Shown here piece after piece: positions 1 to 9,942 of a stretch of 64,000 nucleotides of DNA. Source of the stretch: Armatimonadota bacterium (GTDB lineage Bacteria > Armatimonadota > UBA5829 > DSUL01); assembly GCA_039811685.1 (NCBI GenBank), contig JBDHZC010000001.1:128001-192000 (forward strand), written 5' to 3'. A program made the position numbers and the translations under genes. The notes beneath the pieces were generated by a model, which was given only the letters and a program-made list of their open reading frames with translations, was not told where the DNA came from and ran no database searches. How positions within the stretch are numbered: the first letter of the stretch is position 1; each line of letters opens with the position of its first letter.

Positions 1-267
1 CAGAGCCGTGGAGGCCAGAATTTGAATCTGACTTTTCTGAGGACCGCGCAGAAGAAGGCGAAACTCCGGCCGGCGGCTCTGCACGTTCACTTTCCAGGTA
101 TTTGGGTAGCGTATTCGCAGGCGGGCCTCTCCAATGCGCGTTGCGAAGTGACGCTGTGAGGTACCCTGTTCGTCCTGGAGAGACAGGAACCTGTAGCCGA
201 TAGCCTGAGCCGCGATGGCGACGAGCCCTGCGCAGGCTGCTGCTCTCAGGACGGTGCGCTTATCCAA
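1..267 (-). CDS. Partial hypothetical exported or membrane-anchored protein (runs off the window's left edge)
   Basis: Not in the ORF track. A TTG at 267 follows GAGGGG, and the frame is open to position 1: MDKRTVLRAAACAGLVAIAAQAIGYRF...IRYPNTWKV. It has a hydrophobic N-terminus and lies just downstream of gatB. Confidence 0.6.
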   Translation of the reverse strand, partial: MDKRTVLRAAACAGLVAIAAQAIGYRFLSLQDEQGTSQRHFATRIGEARLRIRYPNTWKVNVQSRRPEFRLLLRGPQKSQIQILASTAL

Positions 268-338
268 GTCGGCCCCTCGTCAGTGCTGCTAAAGGCACTC
301 CCGCAATGCGCTGAGTGCGAGATCAGCGAAGTCTCGAT

Positions 339-1856
339 CTATCGCAGCTTCTCCATCTCTTCTTTCAGAAGCTCGTTCACTATCTGCGGGTTGGCGCGTC
401 CGGACGTAGCCTGCATTGTCTGCCCCACGAAAAACCCCAGCACCTTGTCGTTGCCAGCCAGATATTTCTGAAGCTGTGGCTGATTGCGAGGTTCGCTGAG
501 AATGCGGACAATCTCCTCCCGGATGAAGTCCGTATCTGATATCTGAGTCTGACCGCTTGCCTCAACAATCTCTCTCGGCGACTTGCCAGAGTTGAACATC
601 TCTTCGAAAACACCCTTGGCCAGCTTGCCGCTGATTGTCTTGTCCTCAATCAGCCCGATCAACTCCGCCAGAGCGCCCGGAGTGACCTTGCTCTGGTTGA
701 TTGGTACTCCGTGCTGGTTCAGCAGCTTCATGAAGTCCCCGAGCACCCAGTTTGTCACTGTCCGCACGTCCACGGCATGACTTACGGCTGCGTCAAAGAA
801 CTCGGAAACCGCTTTGTCCTCGATGAGTGTCTCCGCGTCTGTCTCAGACACTCCCATGTCCACAAAGCGCTGGCGTCTGGCTAGAGGCATCTCGGGCAAG
901 GAAGCGCGCAGCTGCTCAATTTGCTCGTCGTCAAAATGAAACGGCAACAGGTCTGGCTCAGGAAAATAGCGGTACTCCTGCTCCATCTCCTTGCTTCGCA
1001 TTGAAGCGGTCGTAGCGCTTTCTTCGTCCCAGCGGCGAGTCTCCTGGACAATGCGGCCCCCATTGCGCAAGACATCGATCTGCCGTTCCACCTCGTACTC
1101 CACACCGCGCGAAACAGCCCTGAAGGAGTTGAGATTCTTGATTTCTGTCTTTGTGCCGTAGTCTTCGGAGCCGACAGGCCGGACGGAGATGTTGGGTTCG
1201 CAGCGGAGTGATCCCTCCTCCATTTTCCCGTCGCATACGCCCAGATAGGTAAGGATGGCGCGCAGCTTGGTGATGTAATCGCGGGCTTCACCTGCCGTCT
1301 TGATCTGATCGAACCCCGGACGGGGGTGATGCTCTGTGACGATCTCCATCAAAGGCACGCTGCTGCGGTTGTAGTCCACTTCGCTGGTCGTCCCTGTGGC
1401 GTGGATAAGCTTTCCTGTGTCCTCCTCAAGGTGGACCCGACGAATACCTATCTTCTTCGAGCCTCCGTTCTCCCCGTCGATCTCAATCCATCCGTAGATG
1501 CCTATCGCTGAGTCTCCGTACTGCGAGACCTGATAGGCCTTGGGAAGATCGGGATAGAAATAGTTCTTCCGGTGAAAGTAGGTGTCGCGACTGATCTGGC
1601 AGTTGAGCGCCAGAGCCGCCTTCAGCACAAACTCCACAGCCCGCTCGTTGATAACAGGCAGGGCCCCTGGAAGTCCAAGGCAGACAGGACAACAGCGCGT
1701 GTTGGGCTCCCCTCCAAACTCCGCACTGCATCCGCAGAACAGCTTGCTGTTGGTCAGCAGTTCCGCATGCACTTCCATGCCGATAATGGCCTCGTACGGC
1801 GTGTTCGCAGATTCTCTCGGGGTTGCTTTTTCAGACAGGGCAGATTCCGAACTCAT
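339..1856 (-). CDS. gatB: Asp-tRNA(Asn)/Glu-tRNA(Gln) amidotransferase subunit B
   Basis: Motifs IGMEVHAEL, CPVCLGLPGALP, RKNYFYPDLPKAYQ, HLEEDTGK, GSLRCEPNIS, YRYFPEPDL; C-terminal YqeY-like domain. Confidence 0.98.
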   Translation of the reverse strand: MSSESALSEKATPRESANTPYEAIIGMEVHAELLTNSKLFCGCSAEFGGEPNTRCCPVCLGLPGALPVINERAVEFVLKAALALNCQISRDTYFHRKNYFYPDLPKAYQVSQYGDSAIGIYGWIEIDGENGGSKKIGIRRVHLEEDTGKLIHATGTTSEVDYNRSSVPLMEIVTEHHPRPGFDQIKTAGEARDYITKLRAILTYLGVCDGKMEEGSLRCEPNISVRPVGSEDYGTKTEIKNLNSFRAVSRGVEYEVERQIDVLRNGGRIVQETRRWDEESATTASMRSKEMEQEYRYFPEPDLLPFHFDDEQIEQLRASLPEMPLARRQRFVDMGVSETDAETLIEDKAVSEFFDAAVSHAVDVRTVTNWVLGDFMKLLNQHGVPINQSKVTPGALAELIGLIEDKTISGKLAKGVFEEMFNSGKSPREIVEASGQTQISDTDFIREEIVRILSEPRNQPQLQKYLAGNDKVLGFFVGQTMQATSGRANPQIVNELLKEEMEKLR

Positions 1857-1889
1857 TAGTTCAGCTTTCTCCGTAATACTTCTATTAAC

Positions 1890-3347
1890 CTATATAGACG
1901 GCCTGGCTTTGTGGTAGTCCGTGGCCTGCTCAAATGTGTACGCCGCCTGGAATATCCGCTCCTCCGCAAACGCGGGCGCGATAAGCTGCATCCCGATTGG
2001 GAGCCCGTCGGAGAATCCGCAAGGCACAGACATGGCCGGAAGGCCGGCCAGGTTCACGGGGCTGGTACATACGTCAGAGAGCTTCATCTGGAAAGGATCG
2101 TCTATGTGCTCTCCAATTGCGAAAGCAGTGGTGGGTACTGTGGGCGTGATCAACAGATCGCACTGAGAGAATACCTGTTCAAAGTCGCGACTGAGCAGAG
2201 TCCGCACTTGCTGGGCCTTCAGATAGAAAGCGTCGTAGTAGCCTGCAGATAATACGTAGGTGCCAATGACAATGCGCTGCTTGACCTCTGCTCCAAAGCC
2301 GCGCTCACGCGTTTGCCGGAACATCTCCGCGTGGTCACCTGCTTCCACCCGCATTCCATACCGGACCCCGTCATAACGAGCCAGATTGGAGCTGGCTTCG
2401 GCGGGCGCCAGAATGTAGTAACAGGGCAGTCCGTATCCGACGTTTGGTGTGGAGACATCAATCAGCCTTGCTCCACTGCGCTCCAACACTGTGGCACTGT
2501 CCATAACAGCCTGTGCCACCGGGTCGGCTATACCCTGACCGAAGAACTCCCGTGGGATACCGATGGTGAATCCGGAGACGTCTCGCTTCAACGATTTGGT
2601 GTAGTCTGGTGGCGCTTCGGGATAACTGGTAGAGTCTTTGGGGTCGTGCGCACTGATCATGTTCATCACCAGCGCAGCGTCTTCGACAGTCCTTGTCAAA
2701 GGTCCAATCTGGTCCAGACTCGAGGCATAGGCTATAACGCCATATCTCGATACGCGTCCATAGGTCGGCTTGAGACCCACGACTCCGCAGTACGCAGCGG
2801 GCTGTCGAATCGAACCCCCCGTATCAGACCCCAGCGCCCAGAACACTTCGCCTGCTGCGACGGCGGCGGCTGATCCTCCGCTCGACCCGCCCGGAACGTG
2901 CCTGGTGTTCCATGGGTTGCATGTCGTGAAGTAGGCGGAGTTTTCCGTGGATGAACCCATCGCGAACTCATCCAGATTCGTCTTCCCAATTACGACACTG
3001 CCCGAGTCCTGAATCTGAGTCACCACCCCAGCGTCGTAGGGAGGCTGCCAGCCTTCCAGAATCAGCGAGCCACAGGTAGTCTCGATGCCGCGCATGCAGA
3101 TGTTGTCTTTGAGCGCTCCCGGCACACCGGCAAGACCTCCAGGAAAGCTCTGTGGGTTGGCATCGAATCTGTCAGCCTGAGAAAGAGCCTGGTCCTCGAT
3201 TATCTTGAGGAACGACTTGACCTTTGAATCAACGGCGGCAATCCGCTCCAGAGTGGCTTGCGTCAACTCACGTGAGCTGACTTCGCGAGACGCCAGAGCT
3301 TTGGACGCCTCCGCAGCCGTCATAAATCCATCGTACTTAAAGGACAT
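1890..3347 (-). CDS. gatA: Asp-tRNA(Asn)/Glu-tRNA(Gln) amidotransferase subunit A
   Basis: Amidase signature [37 protein letters not shown]; located between gatC and gatB. Confidence 0.98.
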   Translation of the reverse strand: MSFKYDGFMTAAEASKALASREVSSRELTQATLERIAAVDSKVKSFLKIIEDQALSQADRFDANPQSFPGGLAGVPGALKDNICMRGIETTCGSLILEGWQPPYDAGVVTQIQDSGSVVIGKTNLDEFAMGSSTENSAYFTTCNPWNTRHVPGGSSGGSAAAVAAGEVFWALGSDTGGSIRQPAAYCGVVGLKPTYGRVSRYGVIAYASSLDQIGPLTRTVEDAALVMNMISAHDPKDSTSYPEAPPDYTKSLKRDVSGFTIGIPREFFGQGIADPVAQAVMDSATVLERSGARLIDVSTPNVGYGLPCYYILAPAEASSNLARYDGVRYGMRVEAGDHAEMFRQTRERGFGAEVKQRIVIGTYVLSAGYYDAFYLKAQQVRTLLSRDFEQVFSQCDLLITPTVPTTAFAIGEHIDDPFQMKLSDVCTSPVNLAGLPAMSVPCGFSDGLPIGMQLIAPAFAEERIFQAAYTFEQATDYHKARPSI

Positions 3348-3359
3348 AGGGGTTGATTC

Positions 3360-3668
3360 TCAGGCTGACTTTCCGTCGCTGGAGTCAACGACTCGCGGGA
3401 CAATAAAGGCCTCGTAGTTGGTGAGTGGCCCCGCTGCCAGAATCTCCTCGCGGGGCAGGCTTGGCTTCACCTCGTCGGCACGGTAGACGTTCACCATTGG
3501 CAAGACCCGATCTGTCGGTTCTACATCTGAAGTGTCCAGTTTCTGTAGCTCCGCGAAGTGCTCCAAAATCTGGTTCAGGTGACCGGTCAACCGCTCTTTC
3601 TCGTCTTCTTCCAGAGCCAGGCAGGCGAGATTGGCGACGGCTGTGACTTCTTCAACAGTAAGCTTCAA
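3360..3668 (-). CDS. gatC: Asp-tRNA(Asn)/Glu-tRNA(Gln) amidotransferase subunit C
   Basis: EEVTAVANLACL...LDTSDVEPT...NVYRADEV...FIVPRVV. The start is placed at TTG 3668 after AAAGGA (the ORF track starts at 3695). Confidence 0.93.
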   Translation of the reverse strand: MKLTVEEVTAVANLACLALEEDEKERLTGHLNQILEHFAELQKLDTSDVEPTDRVLPMVNVYRADEVKPSLPREEILAAGPLTNYEAFIVPRVVDSSDGKSA

Positions 3669-3880
3669 GAATCGTCCTTTCAGCGCAGACAACACATCAT
3701 ATCGCTAACCTCGTATTGTATGTGAATGAGCGCACGAGGTCAAGGTGTGTGGAGCCAGAAAAATAACGCTGTAGATGTTTTCGCCAGTGGATCTGCGCCG
3801 TGATTGACAAGCCCCGTCTTTCGGCGCACAATCGCCAAAAAGCCAACATGCCGGTTGGCTTCCCGCAGAAATGAGAGCTT

Positions 3881-5059
3881 TTGAGCGTGACACACAGGGA
3901 TTTTCAGACTTCTGAACCGGACAAGAGCCACGAATATCAGGAGAAGGCGACGGGCAGTCGCGTCGTTTCCTTGGAGGACTGCCGGCCAGATGACGCGGGT
4001 ATGCGGGCAGACCGGTTGCGTCAGGCAGGCGCAGTTATCGAAGAAGAAATGAAAGCAGGAGCGTTTCCAGGCGCGGCGTATCTGGTTTCTCGAGGGGGAG
4101 TGCTGGCTCTGGCCGGCGCTTGCGGTCAACTGTCCGAAACGCGTCCACAAGCTGCTAACACAGCCACCGTGTACGACATGGCCAGTTGCACCAAGCCCAT
4201 GACTGCGGCTCTAACAGCGCTTATTCTCGTTGAGCGGGGGAAGCTGAGTCTGTTGCAGGGTGTGCCGGAGTTTTTCCCAGCAAGGACTCTGCCCCACCTG
4301 TCGCAGGTCACTCTGCGCCACCTGATAACACATACTTCCGGGCTTCCGGCGTGGGTGGACCTGTATACTGATACATTGTGCCGCGCTGAAGCGATTGACG
4401 CGCTCCTGCGAGTTCCTCTAAAGGCCGAGTCTGGCGCGCGCTATGAGTACAGTTGTCTGGGCTATATTCTTCTTGGGCTGATTTGTGAGCAGGTCTCCGG
4501 TGTGAGTCTGCGCGAGTTTTTGCAGCGCGAAGTCTGGAATCCCCTCGGCATGACGTCAACGGACTATGGCAGCGCTAATGACGCAAGCGCTAATGTGGCA
4601 TCAACCGCCAACTGTCCAGCCCGTCCGTTCGAATTGATCGGCCAGGTACACGACGGCAACGCGTGGAGACTGGATGGCATAAGTGGAAATGCTGGCCTGT
4701 TCTCTAATCTTGCAGACATTCGCACGTTTTGTGAAAAAGTTCTCCTGCATCCAGAAGACGGATACCCCCTGAGTCGTCTGGGATTACAACGATACCTGTC
4801 GGATCAGATTCGCTCAGACGTCGGCCACCATTCCTACGGGTGGTTCTGCCAGGGCAACGGTTATTTGCCAGGGGCTGACCTGTTGCCAGACGATACCGTT
4901 GGTCACACGGGGTTCACAGGCACGTCCATACTGCTGGCGCCGTCAGAAGAATTGCTCATCATTCTGCTTACAAATCGCGTTTGTTCTGACCCGGATGGTT
5001 CGAAAATTCGCCGAACAAGGCGCAGATTTCACAATATGGTAGCGTCCGCGCTTGTTTAG
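3881..5059 (+). CDS. Serine hydrolase, beta-lactamase/AmpC-like family
   Basis: SxxK (MASCTK), LITHTSGL, YSCLGY, VHDGNA, GHTGFTGT, LLTNRV; true start may be downstream. Confidence 0.9.
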   Translation: MSVTHRDFQTSEPDKSHEYQEKATGSRVVSLEDCRPDDAGMRADRLRQAGAVIEEEMKAGAFPGAAYLVSRGGVLALAGACGQLSETRPQAANTATVYDMASCTKPMTAALTALILVERGKLSLLQGVPEFFPARTLPHLSQVTLRHLITHTSGLPAWVDLYTDTLCRAEAIDALLRVPLKAESGARYEYSCLGYILLGLICEQVSGVSLREFLQREVWNPLGMTSTDYGSANDASANVASTANCPARPFELIGQVHDGNAWRLDGISGNAGLFSNLADIRTFCEKVLLHPEDGYPLSRLGLQRYLSDQIRSDVGHHSYGWFCQGNGYLPGADLLPDDTVGHTGFTGTSILLAPSEELLIILLTNRVCSDPDGSKIRRTRRRFHNMVASALV

Positions 5060-5124
5060 GGCGTAGCGCGTCGGGTTTGAAGTCTATATACGGAATAACA
5101 TGTCATTGTGAAAAATACGCCATC

Positions 5125-5157
5125 TTGACAGATGGGTTTGATCATCCTATGATCAAA
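5125..5157 (+). promoter_or_regulatory. Sigma70-type promoter of the response regulator with an overlapping inverted repeat
   Basis: TTGACA (5125-5130), 17 bp, TATGAT (5148-5153); perfect inverted repeat TTTGATCAT-cct-ATGATCAAA (5137-5157). Confidence 0.7.
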
Positions 5158-5236
5158 GGTGTAATTTGAGTGGCGAAACACATGCGAGAGGGAGAAGTTA
5201 TAGCGGGCGCAGTTCCGGCCCTGATAAGCGGGCAAT

Positions 5237-5947
5237 ATGAGCAAGCAGAAAATTCTTGTAGTTGACGACGATGGCAGCGTGTGTGACCTGCTGACCTCCT
5301 ACTTTGAGAAGGCGGGTTTTGAGACCAGTTGTGTCAGCGATGGGCCTGCCGCGCTGGCTGCCGTCCAGGAAAGTCACCCGGAGTGTCTGATTCTGGATGT
5401 TATGCTTCCAGAGATGGACGGACTGGAAGTGTTGAAAGAACTGCGGCGAATGGGCAACGTGCCGGTCATTGCTCTCACAGCGCGCACTGATGAGGTCGAT
5501 CGCGTACTGGGGTTGGAGATGGGCGCGGATGACTATGTGACCAAGCCTTTCAGCCCCAGGGAACTGCTGGCGCGTGTGAAGGCTGTTCTGCGCAGAGCGG
5601 CTCTCGCGCCCGCGACGGAAGAGGCCCAGACCCTTAACCTGCCAGGCCTTATTGTCAGCAGGGTCAGCCGCGAGGTCAGAATGGGGGACAACCGCATCGA
5701 CCTGACGCCCAAGGAGTTTGACCTGCTCTGGCATCTCGCGTGCAACCGCAATCGGGTGTTTACGCGTGAGCAGCTTCTGGAGCAGGTGTGGGCTTATCAG
5801 GAGTTCTACGGTGATGAGCGCACTGTCGATCAGCACGTGAAGCGTTTGCGGCGTAAGATTGAAATTGATGGGAGCCCTTGCCGTATTACGACAATATGGG
5901 GTGTCGGGTACAAGTTTGAAATCCGGGAACACGGAATCGCCGTCTGA
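5237..5947 (+). CDS. OmpR/PhoB-family response regulator
   Basis: ILVVDDD, LDVMLP, GADDYVTKPFS, winged-helix RTVDQHVKRLRRK and TIWGVGYKF. Confidence 0.96.
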   Translation: MSKQKILVVDDDGSVCDLLTSYFEKAGFETSCVSDGPAALAAVQESHPECLILDVMLPEMDGLEVLKELRRMGNVPVIALTARTDEVDRVLGLEMGADDYVTKPFSPRELLARVKAVLRRAALAPATEEAQTLNLPGLIVSRVSREVRMGDNRIDLTPKEFDLLWHLACNRNRVFTREQLLEQVWAYQEFYGDERTVDQHVKRLRRKIEIDGSPCRITTIWGVGYKFEIREHGIAV

Positions 5948-5966
5948 TACTCCAACCCGATCTGCC

Positions 5967-7241
5967 ATGCGCCGGGCCGCCTCTGCTATGCTCATGGCGC
6001 TTGGAGCCACTATTGTGTCGTCTACGGCGTTTGCCTATCCGGCCGGGCATTCTCTCTCCCCGGGACGGGCTGCCCTTTTGGTTCCTTCTCTCGCATTCGT
6101 TTTAGCAGCGGCATTTCTGGTTATTGATCGCCATCTGCATCCCCAGACCTCAAAGGCGACACCTATGTCCTCTGATGACTCCGTTCGGGCCGCTAATCCT
6201 CAACCAGAGCAAATCTTGCTGCCGTCTTCCGCTGCTGCAAGAATCTTTGCCATTTCTTCTGATGGTATCGTCGTGATGGACTCGAACCTGCAGGTGACGG
6301 CCGTCAATCCGGTCGCGCTTCACATGGCTGGGATTGAAGATGTCGCGTCCTTTGAGCAAACGCCTTTGGGAACCGAAGTCGGGCAGGTGTTGCGCCAGGC
6401 TATCCGCCATGGTATCGATTTGAGTCGCGACGTCACTCTTGGCCCTGTGTCGTCTGAGCAGAGATCAGGTGTCTCTGGTATTACGGCGCGTGCAGTTGTG
6501 CTGGACGATGGCGGATCTATCGCCATTCTCCAGGACCGCCGGCAGGAGCTTGAGATGCTTCAGCGTCATCGTCAGTGCTCTGCGGATGTTGCGCACGATC
6601 TTCGCGCGCCGCTTACTGGAATTCAAGGCTGTGCGGAAGCGCTTCTGGACGGCTCTGCTCAAGATCCAAAAACCAATGAGCACTACCTGAAGCTGATTCT
6701 GGACCAGTGTCACCGGATGTCTGCTCTGTTGGCGGATGTGCTCGACTTCTCTGCGCTGGCTGAGGACTGCGTTGACCTGCATTTCAAACGGGTGGACCTG
6801 GCGGTAGTCGTCAGTGAAACTGTTGAGCTTTTCGAAAGAACCGCAGCTGACCGCGGAATTTCCCTGCAATTCTGTGTAGGGGATGATGCTGCAGCAGCCC
6901 GCGGCGATGCCAGGCGTATCCGGCAAGCCCTCACGAATCTTGTATCCAACGCTATAGGCTTCAGCCCTTCAGCGTCGTCCGTTGATATACGCGTGTTCCG
7001 TCGTGTTGATCATGCAGTGCTGGAAGTGCGAGACAGCGGACCGGGTCTTAGCGAATCTGAACTCGAGCGCGTGTGGCAGCGCTACTACCGCGTGAAATCC
7101 CTGGAACATACACATGCCGGAACAGGACTGGGTCTGCCTATCGTAAAAAGGATTGCAGAGCTGCACGGCGGCAGGGCGGGAGCCGAAAGCTCTCCCGGAA
7201 AGGGATCTGCCTTCTGGTTCAGCGTTCCTCGTTGCGTCTGA
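5967..7241 (+). CDS. Sensor histidine kinase (TM, PAS-like, HisKA, HATPase)
   Basis: H-box AHDLRAPL, N-box NLVSNAIGF, DSGPGL, GTGLGL. The start is moved to ATG 5967 to avoid a long overlap with the regulator (track start 5859). Confidence 0.9.
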   Translation: MRRAASAMLMALGATIVSSTAFAYPAGHSLSPGRAALLVPSLAFVLAAAFLVIDRHLHPQTSKATPMSSDDSVRAANPQPEQILLPSSAAARIFAISSDGIVVMDSNLQVTAVNPVALHMAGIEDVASFEQTPLGTEVGQVLRQAIRHGIDLSRDVTLGPVSSEQRSGVSGITARAVVLDDGGSIAILQDRRQELEMLQRHRQCSADVAHDLRAPLTGIQGCAEALLDGSAQDPKTNEHYLKLILDQCHRMSALLADVLDFSALAEDCVDLHFKRVDLAVVVSETVELFERTAADRGISLQFCVGDDAAAARGDARRIRQALTNLVSNAIGFSPSASSVDIRVFRRVDHAVLEVRDSGPGLSESELERVWQRYYRVKSLEHTHAGTGLGLPIVKRIAELHGGRAGAESSPGKGSAFWFSVPRCV

Positions 7242-7410
7242 GTTGCGCTTTTCGGCCTGCCTGTCGCTTGCTGTTGCGGATTCGGTTGACAACTGCGCTC
7301 GTGGCTCCATAAGATGTGCGAAGCTCTCTGGGCCAGATCTCTGCGTCGCATAGCACGTTGGGAATCTGTGTCAACTGAGTAGCGTTTGAAGCAATAGCAG
7401 GAGTATCCCT

Positions 7411-8259
7411 TTGGATGTCGGCGTTATAACGGATGAAGTTTCTCAGGACATCAGCGAAGCCCTGGAGGTTATGAAACGCTGCGATGTCAGAGTCTCTGAG
7501 ATTCGCGCGGTTTGGGGCAAGAACAGCATTGATCTGGATCAGGAAGAGTTGCGCACCTTGAAAGCCGCGCTGAATAATGCAGGCTCCAGTGTCTGTGCTG
7601 TCGCATCTCCGTTTTTCAAGTGCGATCTGACAGACTTCACTGCGGCTGAACGTGGCCGTCTGCACGAAGCGAAGGATTTGACGCTGGCAGATCAGATGGA
7701 CGTACTTGACAGAGCCTGCCGCGTGGCGGACGTTTTGGGTACGCGCAACATTCGCGTTTTTTCATTCTGGCGTAGCTCTGATCCAACGCCTGAGATTGAG
7801 GCCAGGATCGTGGAATTATTCCAGGAGCCACTGGCAAAGGCAAAGGAGCGTGGAGTGCGTCTGCTGCTGGAAAACGAGCACTCCTGTTTTCAGGGGACGG
7901 GGGAGGAAACTGCACGCCTGCTTCGCCAGTTCGACAACGGGGCGCTCGCGGCAGTTTGGGACCCTGGGAATGCGTTTTGCGCGGGTGAAGTGCCTTTTCC
8001 GGATGGATACACGGCGATCAGGCCCTGGATCGCCCACGTGCATGTCAAGGATGCTGTGCGTGACGAGCGCGGCGAAGTGCGGTTTGTGAAAGTTGGGCAG
8101 GGGCAGGTGGACTATGTGGGTCAGGTAGCTCAACTCAAAGCCGATGGCTATGACGGAGTATTGTCTCTCGAAACCCACTATTCGAAAGAAGTTGGCGGCA
8201 AAGCTGCGGCGTCTGAAGAGAGCCTAAGGAGTCTGGCCGCTATGGTTAGAGGAGTGTAA
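7411..8259 (+). CDS. Sugar phosphate isomerase/epimerase (xylose isomerase-like TIM barrel)
   Basis: LLENE, WDPGN, HVHVKD, SLETH metal-ligand pattern; RBS AGGAG. Confidence 0.88.
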   Translation: MDVGVITDEVSQDISEALEVMKRCDVRVSEIRAVWGKNSIDLDQEELRTLKAALNNAGSSVCAVASPFFKCDLTDFTAAERGRLHEAKDLTLADQMDVLDRACRVADVLGTRNIRVFSFWRSSDPTPEIEARIVELFQEPLAKAKERGVRLLLENEHSCFQGTGEETARLLRQFDNGALAAVWDPGNAFCAGEVPFPDGYTAIRPWIAHVHVKDAVRDERGEVRFVKVGQGQVDYVGQVAQLKADGYDGVLSLETHYSKEVGGKAAASEESLRSLAAMVRGV

Positions 8260-9942
8260 ATGTCGATCATCAAGATCAGAGAACAGGCGGTCAACAAGAT
8301 TATGATGCCAGCCGTCATAGTCATTCTGATTGCCATGCTGGTGTCAATCTTTGTCAGCTTCAGTCCCGGCTCCAGAAGCGGCCCCGACAAGGACAGCACG
8401 GGCGACGGCGTGCGGACGGCCTTTATCGTGAACGGGGACAAGATTTCTGACGCTTTCTATCGTGCCCAGCTCGAGCGAGCTAAAGAGCAGGCTAAACAGA
8501 GTGGTCAGGAGTGGTCACCCACCCAGGCTGCCCGGATCAAGAGCCAGCTCATTCCTCAGATGATCCAGCAGGCGATTGTCGCCTCTGCGGCGCAAAGCGA
8601 CGGTGTGCGTGTCTCTGGCCGCGATATCAGCGACTATAAAGACAAAGCCTACGAGCAGCAGATTGGTCAGATCAAACAGATGGTTTTTGGTGACAAGGCC
8701 AAAGGAAAGACTGACAAGGATGTGGACCGGGAACTGCGTCGGCGGCTGGGGGACGACAAGGGACTGGACTACGTCCGCGCGCAGATTGAAAGCTCTGAAT
8801 CCGACGACACTATCAGACTTCAGTTGCTGACACAGAAGTACTACGACCGCATTCTCAGTCAACAAAAGGTCACGGACGCTGACTTGCGTGACAGCTATCG
8901 CGCTCTGACGACGCGTCACATTCTCATCGACTCCAACTCCAGATCTGACGCAGCGGCTAAGAAGCGGGCGGAAGAGGTCATCCAGAAGCTCAACAAAGGT
9001 GCGGACTTTGCGACGCTGGCCAAGCAGTACTCGGACGATCCTGGCTCCAAAGACAATGGTGGATTGTACCCGGCCCAGACGCCGGCGGAGTCCCAGTTCG
9101 CTCGGGAGTATATGGATGCGGCGCTGCGCCTGAAACCAGGAGAGTACACAAAGACTCCCGTCAAGACGCAGTTCGGGTACCATATCATAAAGCTCGAAAG
9201 CTCTGAGCTGAAGCTCCCAAAAGACTTCGACAAGAACAAGGACAAATACCGCAAGGAGCTGATGCAGAAGCGCGGGGGTGAGGTTTTCCAGGCGAAGCTG
9301 GAACAGCTTCAAAAGGATGCCAAGATCACCTTCAAAGACCCGGAGTTTGAAGCCTACTATTATTTTGGCAAGAACTCCCAGGGCGCGGGTGGATATCCGA
9401 TGCTGACTAAAGCTGAAGCGGCGTTCAAGCGGCACATCCAGCAGAACGCCAACGACCCGTCATCCGACAGTTCTTATGTGCAGCTTGCAGCTATCCAGTC
9501 GATGCTCAATCACAAAGATGACGCAATGAAGACGCTTCAGCGCGGTCTCAAAGACAAATTTGAAGACGCGCAGGCGCGCATGACTCTCGCGGATATGGAG
9601 TTCACCGCGGGGAAGAAAAAAGAGGCTCTGGAGAACTACAAACTGGCCGCTGAAGTGACCAACGATCCGATGGTCCATATGCAGCTTGCCACGGTGTTCA
9701 AAAGCAAATTTCCGGAGCCTGAGCTGGCGAAGAAGTCGGACGAGATCTTCCAGGCAGCGCTAAAACGGATGCAGCAACAGCGCGCCGCGCAGGAAAAGGC
9801 ATCCAGGCCTGCGACGAAGACTGCGCCAAAGTCAACCGCAGCCAAAGAGCCGTCACCGGTCAAGTCAGGTAAGGGCGGACAGGGCGACAACCCAGCCGGA
9901 ACTGACTCCAGTGACAAATCCGCAGCGCCGTCGAAGCGCTGA
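8260..9942 (+). CDS. PrsA/SurA-like parvulin peptidyl-prolyl isomerase with C-terminal TPRs
   Basis: N-terminal TM, SurA-N-like helices, HILI...FATLAKQYSDDPGSKDNGG...FGYHII parvulin motif, TPR-like helices, low-complexity tail. Confidence 0.88.
   Translation: MSIIKIREQAVNKIMMPAVIVILIAMLVSIFVSFSPGSRSGPDKDSTGDGVRTAFIVNGDKISDAFYRAQLERAKEQAKQSGQEWSPTQAARIKSQLIPQMIQQAIVASAAQSDGVRVSGRDISDYKDKAYEQQIGQIKQMVFGDKAKGKTDKDVDRELRRRLGDDKGLDYVRAQIESSESDDTIRLQLLTQKYYDRILSQQKVTDADLRDSYRALTTRHILIDSNSRSDAAAKKRAEEVIQKLNKGADFATLAKQYSDDPGSKDNGGLYPAQTPAESQFAREYMDAALRLKPGEYTKTPVKTQFGYHIIKLESSELKLPKDFDKNKDKYRKELMQKRGGEVFQAKLEQLQKDAKITFKDPEFEAYYYFGKNSQGAGGYPMLTKAEAAFKRHIQQNANDPSSDSSYVQLAAIQSMLNHKDDAMKTLQRGLKDKFEDAQARMTLADMEFTAGKKKEALENYKLAAEVTNDPMVHMQLATVFKSKFPEPELAKKSDEIFQAALKRMQQQRAAQEKASRPATKTAPKSTAAKEPSPVKSGKGGQGDNPAGTDSSDKSAAPSKR

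Noticed and set aside
3881..5059. True beta-lactamase resistance gene
   Set aside because: The motifs fit the broad serine hydrolase family and no signal peptide is evident, so the activity cannot be assigned.
5198..6010. Long antisense ORFs (e.g. 5198-6010, 8515-9435, 33551-34456, 35948-37030, 42865-43833)
   Set aside because: These are shadow ORFs opposite well-supported genes in GC-rich DNA, with no recognisable motifs.
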